Source of the DNA: a bacterium
GTDB taxonomy: Bacteria; Bdellovibrionota_C; UBA2361; CALJRW01
Direction of reading: 5' to 3'
NCBI GenBank assembly: GCA_031385045.1
Contig: JANNBC010000024.1
Location: 256,001 to 320,000, forward strand
Length of the DNA: 64,000 bases
Shown: in pieces, positions 38,078 through 48,027 of the stretch
Layout: every line of letters begins with the position of its first letter
Numbering within the stretch: position 1 is the stretch's first letter
The notes under the pieces: generated by a model
Told to the model about the DNA's origin: nothing
Seen by the model: only the letters and a program-made list of their open reading frames with translations
The model's database searches: none
Program-made: the position numbers and the translations under genes

Positions 38078-38136
38078 AGTTGAAGTTCTGTAGAATCAGT
38101 CTCAAGTTCACCTAAATTTATCTTAATTTCTTCACT

Positions 38137-38706
38137 ATGAAAATTCTTGCTTTCGCTGGTAGCACTCGCAAAAAATCTTTTAATTCTATGTTAATTAACG
38201 CAGCCGCCAAGCTTGGGAGCACAACTGGAGCGGAGTTCACTGTTCTGAATCTTGGAGAATATCCATTGCCACTATACGATCAAGATTTAGAATCCGAAGT
38301 AGGGTTTCCTGAAAACTGCCTGAAATTAAAACGTATCTTTAATGAGCATCAAGGCCTACTAATCTCCTCGCCAGAATATAACTCGGCCATCACCCCGCTT
38401 TTACTAAATACCTTTGCTTGGATTTCTAGGAGTTCAGGAGAAAACGATCCTTCGCTTGCGGCTTTTAAAAATAAGTATGCCAGTCTGCTTTCAGCCTCTC
38501 CGGGACAATTAGGCGGAATGCGCAGCCTGGTATTCCTAAAAATGTTTTTAGGAAATATTGGAATTACTGTTCTTCCAAATCAATTTGCCCTGGGAGGAGC
38601 TCATGAGGCTTTCGATCAAACTGGAAAAATAATTAGCCCTGCTACAGAAAAGAAAGTCAGCAGCGTCGTTACAGATTTAGTAACGGCACTTAGCAGAAAA
38701 GCATAA
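38137..38706 (+). CDS. NADPH-dependent FMN reductase
   Basis: GSTRKKSFN, LPLYDQD.E, SPEYN, SASPGQLGG. Confidence 0.92.
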   Translation: MKILAFAGSTRKKSFNSMLINAAAKLGSTTGAEFTVLNLGEYPLPLYDQDLESEVGFPENCLKLKRIFNEHQGLLISSPEYNSAITPLLLNTFAWISRSSGENDPSLAAFKNKYASLLSASPGQLGGMRSLVFLKMFLGNIGITVLPNQFALGGAHEAFDQTGKIISPATEKKVSSVVTDLVTALSRKA

Positions 38707-38716
38707 TTAATACTTA

Positions 38717-39298
38717 CTACTCACAACGATCTACATCTCTAAAGACTAAAGCAATCTTACCGACAGTTTTAACTCGCTGACCTGAGGCACTGCGCCCATT
38801 TAAAATAAATTTTACATTTGTAGCACCAGCTTCAAAAGGTAAGGGGCCACGACTCGGATAAAGATATTTTCCACCATCTTTGGTATGTAATAACAAAGCT
38901 AGCAATCGAGTAGTTGCGCCACTTTCCACATCGCCAATGTTTGCTAAAGACAGTTTTTTAGATTTATAAGAATTATTACCTAGCTTATCAATAAAAAATC
39001 GAACAGTTTCAAAACGGATTGGAACAGCAGTTTTATTATAAACATAGATCCCAGCAAGTGTATCAAAAAATGGCTCTAATTCTGGCTCAACATTCTCCTC
39101 TGTTTCGCATAAACCTTGCTGAGTATCAATTGCTAAATCATGAGCTCCTTCGGTCACACTACCTTGATCATAAAGTTCAATCTTCATCACCCGAATCGGA
39201 CGCACTTGCTCAAAGAGGCCATCCTTTCTTTGTTCTGCGGATAAAGTGAAACTTAAGCAAAGAGTTAGTGGTATAATTAATAGATAGTTTTTATTCAT
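38717..39298 (-). CDS. Secreted hypothetical protein
   Basis: Signal peptide; beta-rich pattern; two Cys in the mature part. Confidence 0.7.
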   Translation of the reverse strand: MNKNYLLIIPLTLCLSFTLSAEQRKDGLFEQVRPIRVMKIELYDQGSVTEGAHDLAIDTQQGLCETEENVEPELEPFFDTLAGIYVYNKTAVPIRFETVRFFIDKLGNNSYKSKKLSLANIGDVESGATTRLLALLLHTKDGGKYLYPSRGPLPFEAGATNVKFILNGRSASGQRVKTVGKIALVFRDVDRCE

Positions 39299-39369
39299 GA
39301 CTTTACTATCGTCATGGTAATCTAAAAACTTAAGCTGCTAAAAAGCCTTTAATTTCTCTATTTTAATGA

Positions 39370-39948
39370 TTAATTTCCTAGAAAATACTGATGGAGGCGA
39401 TAATCTCCAGTTAGTTCTGGATGAAAAGCAGTGACAAAGATATTAGCTTTTTTTGCAATAATAATTCTCTGCGGGGCAAGCTTTGCCAAAACCTCAATAC
39501 CATTAGCTACTTCTCTAATAACTGGAGCCCGAATAAAAACTGCAGGAAATGGAATCTCAGGTTGTGCCAGAAATGGTAAGCTTAAATCCTTAATAAAACT
39601 ATCACTCTGTCGGCCAAAGGCATTCCGCGCAACAGTTACATCTAAAACACCCAGGGTTGTTTGTTTAGTACCAACATTATTAGCTAGAAAAATTAATCCC
39701 GCACATGTTCCCCAGACTTTTTCTTTAGTACAGAAATCTTTTAATGGTTCAATTAGTTGATACTCTTCAGCGATGCGAGCAATCGTAGTGCTTTCACCTC
39801 CTGGAATAATTAAGGCGTCGATTGAATCTAAATGTTTTGGTAACTTTACTTCTTGATAATTATGCCCAAGCTCAGAAATAACTTTTCCATGCTCCTTAAA
39901 AGCTCCTTGTAGAGCTAAGACTCCAACTTTTAAGTTTTTACCAACCAC
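39370..39948 (-). CDS. pdxT: Pyridoxal 5'-phosphate synthase glutaminase subunit
   Basis: [39 protein letters not shown]. Confidence 0.96.
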   Translation of the reverse strand: MVGKNLKVGVLALQGAFKEHGKVISELGHNYQEVKLPKHLDSIDALIIPGGESTTIARIAEEYQLIEPLKDFCTKEKVWGTCAGLIFLANNVGTKQTTLGVLDVTVARNAFGRQSDSFIKDLSLPFLAQPEIPFPAVFIRAPVIREVANGIEVLAKLAPQRIIIAKKANIFVTAFHPELTGDYRLHQYFLGN

Positions 39949-40825
39949 GATGACTTAATTGCTGAGATTCAATTAGATGATCACAATTTATTCCAACCAT
40001 TGCTTCGCCTAAGTTGGCACTGACCTCGGCAAGTATTTCAGGATCGTTAAAGTGTGTAGTTGCTTTAACAATTGCTTTCGCGCGAGCTTCAGGATTGCCG
40101 CTTTTAAAAATTCCAGAACCAACAAAAACTCCATCCATTCCTAACTGCATCATTAGAGCAGCGTCGGCTGGAGTTGCAATTCCACCTGCCGCGAAATTCA
40201 CCACAGGTAAGCGTCCTAATTTCTTAGTGAGCAGTAAAAGTTCATAAGGAGCGCCAAGGTTTTTGGCATAAGTCATCACTTCTTCATCACGCATTTGAAT
40301 CAAGGCATTGATTTCAGTCTGAACGGTACGAGCATGTTTAACAGCTTGTACCACATCTCCAGTACCAGCCTCACCTTTAGTTCTAATCATCGCAGCACCT
40401 TCTCCAATCCGACGAAGAGCCTCAGCCAGTCCAGTACATCCACAAACAAATGGCACTTTGAATTTGTTTTTCAAGATATGATATTGATCATCGGCTGGAG
40501 TTAAAACTTCACTTTCATCAATATAATCGACACCTAAGGCTTCCAAGATTTGTGCTTCCACAAAATGACCGATGCGACATTTAGCCATAACTGGGATGCT
40601 AACTGCATTAATAATATCTTTAATCATGTCAGGATCTGACATTCTAGCAACTCCACCATTGGCACGAATATCTGCTGGGACTCTTTCTAAGGCCATCACT
40701 GCAACAGCACCAGCTTTCTCGGCAATACGCGCTTGATCAGCATTAACAACATCCATAATCACTCCACCCTTTAACATTTGGGCTAGGCCACGATTTAGAA
40801 TTATTTGATTATCTTGATTGTTCAT
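39938..40825 (-). CDS. pdxS: Pyridoxal 5'-phosphate synthase lyase subunit
   Basis: [50 protein letters not shown]. Confidence 0.97.
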   Translation of the reverse strand: MNNQDNQIILNRGLAQMLKGGVIMDVVNADQARIAEKAGAVAVMALERVPADIRANGGVARMSDPDMIKDIINAVSIPVMAKCRIGHFVEAQILEALGVDYIDESEVLTPADDQYHILKNKFKVPFVCGCTGLAEALRRIGEGAAMIRTKGEAGTGDVVQAVKHARTVQTEINALIQMRDEEVMTYAKNLGAPYELLLLTKKLGRLPVVNFAAGGIATPADAALMMQLGMDGVFVGSGIFKSGNPEARAKAIVKATTHFNDPEILAEVSANLGEAMVGINCDHLIESQQLSHRGW

Positions 40826-41997
40826 AAAAATTTCTGTGTTTCGTAAATTCTTTTATGTTTTTTAATGCCAGCAAGTCGGTAACGTGCAGTTGAAGTTCTT
40901 GGACATTGGAAATCTTGTCCGTCTTGCGGCAAAGAAAAATTATAGATTTTTTTATACTCTTCGTAATTAAGTTCCTTACGATTTTTAAATAAATTTTGGT
41001 GAAATTCTTTAGATAGATAATTCTGATATCCACTAACAACTGTACCAACAAAGAATTCCCCAATACTGCCGGAACCATAGCTAAACAAGCCAACATCCTG
41101 GCCTCCAAGATCTGATTGTTGATGATCTAATAGACTACAAATACCTTGATACAAAGATGCCGTGTAGCAATTCCCTGTTTGACGATTATACATTAAACTT
41201 GGGTGAATTTTTTTTACAATATCAGCATCGCCAACTTCCACTTCAGACTTTTTCGCCAGTCGCACAAAGGCCTTTTCGGCAATTGTAGAAAAAGGTAAGT
41301 GAAAACAAAATGCAGCAAATTGATTAAACTCAGTTGGAACTTTGGCACAATAATCATCCCAGGCATGAAGGAAAGATTTCAAATACAAACGTACAGAGTA
41401 TTGACCATCAACAAAAGCTTCTGTCCGATAATTTGGTCTCCAAAAATCCATAGCATCTTCTGTATAGACACCACTTTGCAAACCAAGCTTCATAATCTGA
41501 GGATTAGTGGAGATTAGCATGGCACAAGCACCAGCACCTTGAGTTGGTTCCCCTGGATTTCCAAGACCATAACGAGCAATATCTGAAGCAACGATTAAGG
41601 ATTTATTATTAGGATTTAGTTCGGCATCTTGCAAGGCACTACGCAGTGCAAACGTTGCTGAATAACAAGCTTGTTTTAACTCAACTACTCGACAATCTGA
41701 TCCCAAGCCTAATAATCGATGCAAGTACATACCAGCAGACTTTGATTGATCAATGCCACTTTCCGTAGCAAAGTATAAAGTTTTGATCGTAGATTTATCA
41801 AGATCTTGCAGGATCTGCCAAGCAGCATTGGCTCCTAAGGTTACAGGATCTTCGTCAGGCTCAGTCACCGCCATTTTTTCCTGGCCTAGCACATCATAAT
41901 ATCCTGCTGGATCTTTCTCGTATAAACTAGCTAAAGTTTTTAGATCGAGAAAATAACTCGGACAGTAACATGCGATGCGATCAATTCCTACAGACAT
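40822..41997 (-). CDS. mvaS: Hydroxymethylglutaryl-CoA synthase
   Basis: [16 protein letters not shown] (catalytic Cys), [38 protein letters not shown]. Confidence 0.94.
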   Translation of the reverse strand: MSVGIDRIACYCPSYFLDLKTLASLYEKDPAGYYDVLGQEKMAVTEPDEDPVTLGANAAWQILQDLDKSTIKTLYFATESGIDQSKSAGMYLHRLLGLGSDCRVVELKQACYSATFALRSALQDAELNPNNKSLIVASDIARYGLGNPGEPTQGAGACAMLISTNPQIMKLGLQSGVYTEDAMDFWRPNYRTEAFVDGQYSVRLYLKSFLHAWDDYCAKVPTEFNQFAAFCFHLPFSTIAEKAFVRLAKKSEVEVGDADIVKKIHPSLMYNRQTGNCYTASLYQGICSLLDHQQSDLGGQDVGLFSYGSGSIGEFFVGTVVSGYQNYLSKEFHQNLFKNRKELNYEEYKKIYNFSLPQDGQDFQCPRTSTARYRLAGIKKHKRIYETQKFL

Positions 41998-42201
41998 TAA
42001 ATTTCATTAAAAGTTATGAGCCAAGTCTTTCTCCTCAAACAATCTTAGCTTCCGAACTCAGCAAAGATTAAGAGGCGAATAAGAGATCCAAGTTAGAGAC
42101 AACATTTGGACAGTAAATCTGCTAGATCATTTTTCTGCATATAGTTACTGAACTCGGGATAAGTCTATTAAAATCAGGCTACTAAATCAAGCTAACCACA
42201 G

Positions 42202-42254
42202 AATAAACCCTCCGCTCATCATTTTTGAAAAAAATGATTGCCGCTGGGTTTATT
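42202..42254. terminator. Compound hairpin downstream of hisIE (terminator or palindromic repeat)
   Basis: AATAAACCC...GGGTTTATT enclosing ATCATTTTT-GAA-AAAAATGAT. Confidence 0.5.
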
Positions 42255-42271
42255 AAAATCTCTAGTAATTA

Positions 42272-42871
42272 CTAGTCCGCCTGATGTCTGGCCTTTAAGA
42301 CTTGAACAATATCAGCAAACTTCAAATCTTGTTTGGCAGTAAGAACAAGTAGATGGAAAAGCAAATCTGCAGATTCTTCTAAAAACTTGGGCTTATTACC
42401 AATAACTGCTTCAATCACAGACTCCACTGCCTCTTCACCAACTTTTTGGGCAATAGCCGGAATCCCTTGATCCATTAATTTCTTAGTGTATGAGCTTTTA
42501 GCAGTAGCTAATTTCCTTTGGTTAATAAGGTCTTCTAAATAGAAAAAAAACTGTGGTCCAAAATTATTTATTTCGTTAAAACAAGTATCTTGTCCAGTGT
42601 GGCATGCTGGCCCTACTGGCTTAGCACTAATTAAGATGGAATCTTGATCACAATCAAGTTTAGCTTCCACAAAGTTCAAAAAGTTTCCGCTCGTCTCACC
42701 CTTAACCCATAGCCGATTCTTACTACGAGAAAAAAAAGTCACTTGTTTAGTTTTTAAAGTCTGTTCCCATGCTTCTTGGTTCATATAACCTAGCATCAAG
42801 ACAACTTTGGTATCGACATCTTGAATAATTGCTGGAATCAAATCATCCGCTGATTTAAAATCTGGTTTCAT
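42272..42871 (-). CDS. hisIE: Bifunctional phosphoribosyl-AMP cyclohydrolase / phosphoribosyl-ATP diphosphatase
   Basis: [36 protein letters not shown]. Confidence 0.96.
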   Translation of the reverse strand: MKPDFKSADDLIPAIIQDVDTKVVLMLGYMNQEAWEQTLKTKQVTFFSRSKNRLWVKGETSGNFLNFVEAKLDCDQDSILISAKPVGPACHTGQDTCFNEINNFGPQFFFYLEDLINQRKLATAKSSYTKKLMDQGIPAIAQKVGEEAVESVIEAVIGNKPKFLEESADLLFHLLVLTAKQDLKFADIVQVLKARHQAD

Positions 42872-43623
42872 ATTCGGACCTCTATATTATTGTTTTTAAG
42901 GATCTGTTTTAGATCGGGAATTTTAATTTCACCAAAATGAAAAACACTAGCTGCCAGTGCCGCATCTGCTAAGCCGATTTTAAAGACATCAACAAAATCT
43001 TGAGGCGAACCTGCACCGCCAGAAGCAATCACAGGAATTCTAACAGCTTGAGAAACTTCTTTGGTAATATCTAAATCAAAGCCGGCCTTGGTTCCATCAC
43101 TATTCATAGAAGTTAGTAGGATCTCTCCCGCCCCACGTGCCTCAACTTCTTTAATCCAAGTAAGAGTATCAAGACCTGTATCAACTGTCCCACTCTTAAC
43201 AAAGACATTCCAACTTTGACCATTAAACTTAGTATCAACTGCAACAACTACACATTGACTACCAACTTCACTTGCTAACTCGGAGATAAGCCCTGGATTA
43301 CTAACGGCAGAAGAGTTAATACTAATCTTATCAGCTCCAGCTTGTAAAAGCTCACGGACATCAGCTAAGGAGCTAATACCTCCGCCAACAGTAAATGGTA
43401 TATTAATTTCCTGAGCAATTTTACTAACCAACTCTTTAAAGGTTTTGCGCCGGTCTAAGGTAGCAGTAATATCCAAAAAAACTAACTCATCTGCACCTTG
43501 AGTAACATAATATTTAGCTAATTCAATCGGATCTCCTGCCTGGCGGAGATTTTCAAAGTTAATCCCTTTAACAGTTTGGCCATCTTTAATATCTAAACAA
43601 GGAATGATTCTTTTAGCTAACAT
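42868..43623 (-). CDS. hisF: Imidazole glycerol phosphate synthase cyclase subunit
   Basis: [43 protein letters not shown]. Confidence 0.97.
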   Translation of the reverse strand: MLAKRIIPCLDIKDGQTVKGINFENLRQAGDPIELAKYYVTQGADELVFLDITATLDRRKTFKELVSKIAQEINIPFTVGGGISSLADVRELLQAGADKISINSSAVSNPGLISELASEVGSQCVVVAVDTKFNGQSWNVFVKSGTVDTGLDTLTWIKEVEARGAGEILLTSMNSDGTKAGFDLDITKEVSQAVRIPVIASGGAGSPQDFVDVFKIGLADAALAASVFHFGEIKIPDLKQILKNNNIEVRI

Positions 43624-43660
43624 GGAAGGACTATAGACTATTCCAGCAACTTCTTAAAGC

Positions 43661-44380
43661 TTAAAGAGCTGCTGAGATCTCTTCTAAAGAAATCCGACCC
43701 TCTAAAATAGCTTTACCTACTACTACAGCTGGTACCTTAACCTGATCCAATAAAACTAAGTCAGCATAATTAGCAACACCACCACTGGCGATCAGATAAA
43801 TCTGAGGAAAATCTGTCATTATTTCTTGATATAAATCTAATGCCGGGCCAGCTAAAGTGCCATCTTTACTAACATCAGTACACAAATATTGAGTCACTCC
43901 TAAGGCTAAATATTGCTCAATAAATTGATTAAGTTCTAATGTTGATTGCTCTTGCCAGGCGTTAATCGCAATAAAACGATCCTTCACATCAGCAGCAATA
44001 ATAATTTTAGCAGGGCCAAGATCGGCAATAATCTCTGCAGTTAACTCAGGGTCTTTAACGGCAATACTCCCAAGATTAATTTTTTCAGCGCCAGCATTAA
44101 TTACTTGATGAGCGGCAGCAAGAGTTTTAATGCCACCACCAAAATCAATTTCTAAGTTAGTTAATCTTTTAATATCCTCTAGCAGTTGAAGGTTTTTTAC
44201 CTCGCCGGCTTTAGCCCCATCCAAATCAACTAGGTGTAATTTTTTAATTCCACAGTCAGCAATCTTCTTGGCAAAATCTAGCGGATTCTTATAGTAAACT
44301 ATCTTTTCCTGATAATCACCTTGATGAAGCCGAACACATTCTCCATTAATTAAATCAATTGCTGGTATAATTTCAATCAT
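43661..44380 (-). CDS. hisA: ProFAR isomerase
   Basis: IPAIDL..G.CVRL.QGDY, LHLVDLDGA, GGGI, TDVSKDGTL.GP, IASGG. Confidence 0.96.
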   Translation of the reverse strand: MIEIIPAIDLINGECVRLHQGDYQEKIVYYKNPLDFAKKIADCGIKKLHLVDLDGAKAGEVKNLQLLEDIKRLTNLEIDFGGGIKTLAAAHQVINAGAEKINLGSIAVKDPELTAEIIADLGPAKIIIAADVKDRFIAINAWQEQSTLELNQFIEQYLALGVTQYLCTDVSKDGTLAGPALDLYQEIMTDFPQIYLIASGGVANYADLVLLDQVKVPAVVVGKAILEGRISLEEISAAL

Positions 44381-44455
44381 TTCTTATTGTATTTAATCCA
44401 CTTAGTTAAATTTAATGCCAAGGATTTAGCAGCTAAATTGCCTTGCCAGCAATAG

Positions 44456-45028
44456 TTATTTCTGATCTAGTTCATGAACTAGCGATAAGGAGTTAATACA
44501 AAATCTGTTTCCAGACTCCGAAGGGCCATCATTAAAGACATGTCCTAAATGAGCTCCGCATCTAGCACAAACAACTTCCGTGCGTTGCATGCCATGGGAG
44601 TTATCTGTTATTAAACGAACATTCTGAGTATTCACTGGATCTGTAAAACTTGGCCATCCAGAACCAGAGTCATACTTAGTATCACTAGAAAATAAAACTT
44701 GTCCACAACTTGAACAACGATAGTCTCCTTTCCGTTTATCTTTATAGTACTTACCAGAAAAAGGCATTTCAGTAACTGCCTTACGACTAACCTGGAACTG
44801 TTCAGGAGTCATTTTCTCCTTCCAATAGTCCTCACCTTTACTTTTCCAATCGATATCCTGAGCCTCTTCCAGAACGGAAGGCTCCTTGGTTAAAGCAATT
44901 TTACTTTGAGCATCACTATCCTCGGATGATTCTGCATTCATTGGTTGATTCTCGATCATTTGAAAACCTACTACTAAAATTAGCAAAATTAAGATTAATT
45001 TAATAGCAAGATAAATTTGTTTAGACAT
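44456..45028 (-). CDS. msrB: Methionine-R-sulfoxide reductase with N-terminal membrane anchor
   Basis: CSSC, SGSGWPSF, RTEVVCARCGAHLGHVF.DGP, RFCINS. Confidence 0.95.
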   Translation of the reverse strand: MSKQIYLAIKLILILLILVVGFQMIENQPMNAESSEDSDAQSKIALTKEPSVLEEAQDIDWKSKGEDYWKEKMTPEQFQVSRKAVTEMPFSGKYYKDKRKGDYRCSSCGQVLFSSDTKYDSGSGWPSFTDPVNTQNVRLITDNSHGMQRTEVVCARCGAHLGHVFNDGPSESGNRFCINSLSLVHELDQK

Positions 45029-45184
45029 TAGTAGTACTAAAATTAAAATAATAATGAGACTAACAGTATTTAGGTTTCACTATAAGCCTTAATCGTACTT
45101 AATATTTAGACTGTTCTTTTAATGAAAACCTTCAAAATTCTTGATCTGGAGACTAAAATTGTGATTATCAATCGGATGTAAGTT

Positions 45185-45796
45185 TTATTGTTCTAATACA
45201 AATTGCTCCTGCAGTAACTTCACGTAATTAAAAAAGCTGTGTGCCTCTGCTTTTGGCCCATCAAATTTTTGAATCTGAGGAGAGACTAAACGATACTGAT
45301 CACCAATAAATTTTTGATAAAGCCTTAGGGCTGGTAAAGTAATTTTGCTAACAATATCACCCTCTAAGGCCAAGGAACGAATTTTTGTAATCTCTTTCGG
45401 CCAAATGTGCATAGCCGCCCCAATCGCGGTAATAGAGATTCTATCCGCTAAACTGGCCCACTCAGCTTCTTTTCCATTTTCAATTAAGCGCTCCTTAATC
45501 TTGACCAAGGTATTACAAGTAATAATACTACCCTGACTATAAACTAATAACTTAACTTCGCCGTCAGCCTGAAGCCCTTTGATAATCTGGCGATATAGAT
45601 GACACGAAGTGTCTGACTCGGCTTGAAAACCTAAACTGCTACTTAGCATACCAGCAATAGCAAAGCTGATATCCAACGCCGTGCCAGAGGTATTATTAAT
45701 AACTAATTTTGCTGCGACCCCAAAGGTTTCGTTTAAATGAGACTGATACTGTTCTTGCTGCTTAATATCCGCTCTAATCCCAGTTACCATTAACAT
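45185..45796 (-). CDS. Alpha/beta-hydrolase (lipase-like) hypothetical protein
   Basis: LLVYSQGS nucleophile elbow; GDIVS Asp; AHSFFNY His. Confidence 0.55.
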   Translation of the reverse strand: MLMVTGIRADIKQQEQYQSHLNETFGVAAKLVINNTSGTALDISFAIAGMLSSSLGFQAESDTSCHLYRQIIKGLQADGEVKLLVYSQGSIITCNTLVKIKERLIENGKEAEWASLADRISITAIGAAMHIWPKEITKIRSLALEGDIVSKITLPALRLYQKFIGDQYRLVSPQIQKFDGPKAEAHSFFNYVKLLQEQFVLEQ

Positions 45797-45890
45797 CTAA
45801 TTAAGATATTCCTGGAGACAAAAAGTTTCTTCCAATTCTAAAAAAAGAAATAAGTATTTTAATCTTTACTTAAATAAAGACTGCTAATTT

Positions 45891-46226
45891 TTAGGATTGT
45901 GGTTGGGATCTTCCTGGCTCGACACGAAATTTAATTGCTGTGATTTTTTGTCCGTCATTTAAATACTTTTGAAGCCTACCCAAAATAATCCGAGATTGAA
46001 AACTGAGTTCCTGAGCCCAAGCAGAACTTGGGACTGCGATGAATAAGGTCTCTCCACTAATCCCTTGAGGCTGACAAAGATCCGCCAATTCTGGGCCAAC
46101 AATATCTTTCCAATTAAGAACAAAATTATATTGTAAAATTTTCTTATCAATTCTGTAGGCTCGAAGTGTTGCTTGCAACACATTTGAAATTTTAGACGGC
46201 TTAGATGAGTTACGATAATTATTCAA
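45891..46226 (-). CDS. DUF721/DciA-family protein
   Basis: W..IVG..LA....P......L.I.V.SSAWAQEL. Confidence 0.85.
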   Translation of the reverse strand: MNNYRNSSKPSKISNVLQATLRAYRIDKKILQYNFVLNWKDIVGPELADLCQPQGISGETLFIAVPSSAWAQELSFQSRIILGRLQKYLNDGQKITAIKFRVEPGRSQPQS

Positions 46227-46261
46227 ATTGGATCTGCTTTTTAATGAAACAAGCTTTGCAA

Positions 46262-46561
46262 CTAATTTATTAATTTGGTTTTTGGAGTACCATTTTCAAA
46301 AAATACAATTTGCTCGTCAGGTCTAGCTAGTGCATAATTATCCCTAGCATATTGTTCAATAATAACTGGATTGCTGTTTAAATCATACACCAGTTTCTTT
46401 AAATCCTTAACTTCCTGATTTAAACGATCAAATTCCTGCTTTTCACTTAAAAGATCAGTCTGCAGGGTTTTTAGATGCTGATAGCTTTGATCATGAAAAT
46501 AAGTTACTCCGCTAATAATAATTACAAAAAAGAGGATTATATATGGAGAATAGTTTTTCAT
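46262..46561 (-). CDS. ftsB: FtsB/DivIC septum formation initiator
   Basis: N-terminal TM segment, coiled coil, IEQYAR..Y.L.RPDE. Confidence 0.85.
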   Translation of the reverse strand: MKNYSPYIILFFVIIISGVTYFHDQSYQHLKTLQTDLLSEKQEFDRLNQEVKDLKKLVYDLNSNPVIIEQYARDNYALARPDEQIVFFENGTPKTKLIN

Positions 46562-46673
46562 GAAGGTAGCGATAGATTAACTTAGAGGATAATAACAAGA
46601 TTATTCTATTTTAAAAAGCCAGATTCTTTACAATCTTTAGAAAAACTAATGACAAATAACTAACTTTTTGGTT

Positions 46674-46702
46674 TTGCCGTTAACTTCAACATACGCTATA
46701 AA
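46674..46702 (+). promoter_or_regulatory. Putative sigma-70 promoter of eno
   Basis: TTGCCG, 17-bp spacer, TATAAA, 30 nt before the ATG. Confidence 0.35.
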
Positions 46703-46732
46703 GAGCTCAAGTTTTACAATACATATACAATT

Positions 46733-48019
46733 ATGAGTTCAAAAATTAAAAATATTTCAGCTTACGAATGTCTTGATTCTCGTGGCTTTCCAACAATTTC
46801 AGCAACTGTAGAGTTAGAAAATGGCGCATTAGGCACCGCCTTAGTGCCATCTGGAGCTTCTACGGGAGAGCATGAAGCTCATGAACTAAGAGATGAAGAT
46901 GCTAAACGCTATAAAGGTAAAGGTGTATTAAAAGCCATCACAAACCTAGAGAAGACATTAGCACCAGCAGTAATTGGCCTAGATGCCACGGATCAACAAG
47001 CCATTGATCAAAAATTAATTTCAACTGATGGTTCCGAGAATAAACAAAATCTTGGAGCTAATGCAATTTTAGCAATTAGCCTTGCTACATCTCATGCGGC
47101 AGCAGCCTCTCAAAGATTACCATTATTTCGTTATGTTGGTGGCGAGCAAGCTAGTTACAAAATGCCGGTTCCATTAGTGAATGTAATTAATGGTGGAGCG
47201 CATGCTACAAACTCACTTGATTTTCAGGAATTCATGTTAGTTCCACATTCTGGAAAAACATTTGCTGATAATATTCAAGCGGCAAGTGAAGTATTCCATA
47301 CACTTAAGAAAAACTTACAAAAGAAAGGAATGAGTACTGGAATTGGTGATGAAGGTGGCTTTGCACCAAACTTAAAAGATGCCGAAACCACAATTCAAAC
47401 TCTATTAGAAGCAATCAGTGATGCTGGATATGAGCCAGGTAAAGATATCGCTCTAGCTCTGGATGTAGCTGCTAGCGAAATGTATAACCGCGACACTGGG
47501 AAATATGTTTTCAAGAAAAGTAGTGGCGAGAGTGTTTCCTCAGATGATCTAATAAAACTTTATGCTGGATGGGCCAAGAAATATCCCCTAGTAAGCATTG
47601 AAGATGGTCTTGATGAAAACGATTGGGCTGGTTGGTCTAAACTAACGGCAACAATTGGAAGCACGGTACAATTAGTTGGCGATGATCTATTTGTAACAAA
47701 TGCTAAACGTTTACAAGATGGGATCAACTCCAAAGCTGCTAACTCAATCCTAATCAAAGTTAACCAAATTGGAACTCTTAGCGAAACGCTACAAACAATT
47801 GCACTAGCTCATGAGCATAAAATGACTTCAGTAATGTCTCACCGCTCAGGTGAAACAGAAGACACAACGATTGCGGACTTAGCTGTGGCAACTGCTTGTG
47901 GACAAATTAAAACTGGTTCTGTTTGTCGTGGAGAAAGAACTGCTAAATACAACCGTTTGCTTTGGATTGAAAAATTCCTTGGAAGCAAGGCAGTTATGGC
48001 TAGACCATTTAAAGTTTAG
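46733..48019 (+). CDS. eno: Enolase
   Basis: DSRGFPT, VPSGASTGEHEA, GDEGGFAP, VGDDLFVTN, SHRSGETED, QIKTG. Confidence 0.98.
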   Translation: MSSKIKNISAYECLDSRGFPTISATVELENGALGTALVPSGASTGEHEAHELRDEDAKRYKGKGVLKAITNLEKTLAPAVIGLDATDQQAIDQKLISTDGSENKQNLGANAILAISLATSHAAAASQRLPLFRYVGGEQASYKMPVPLVNVINGGAHATNSLDFQEFMLVPHSGKTFADNIQAASEVFHTLKKNLQKKGMSTGIGDEGGFAPNLKDAETTIQTLLEAISDAGYEPGKDIALALDVAASEMYNRDTGKYVFKKSSGESVSSDDLIKLYAGWAKKYPLVSIEDGLDENDWAGWSKLTATIGSTVQLVGDDLFVTNAKRLQDGINSKAANSILIKVNQIGTLSETLQTIALAHEHKMTSVMSHRSGETEDTTIADLAVATACGQIKTGSVCRGERTAKYNRLLWIEKFLGSKAVMARPFKV

Positions 48020-48027
48020 TACCAAAT

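Noticed and set aside
42000..42200. Small gene between hisIE and mvaS
   Set aside because: The minus-strand ATG starts I checked give peptides of only about 15 aa or fewer, with no supporting evidence.
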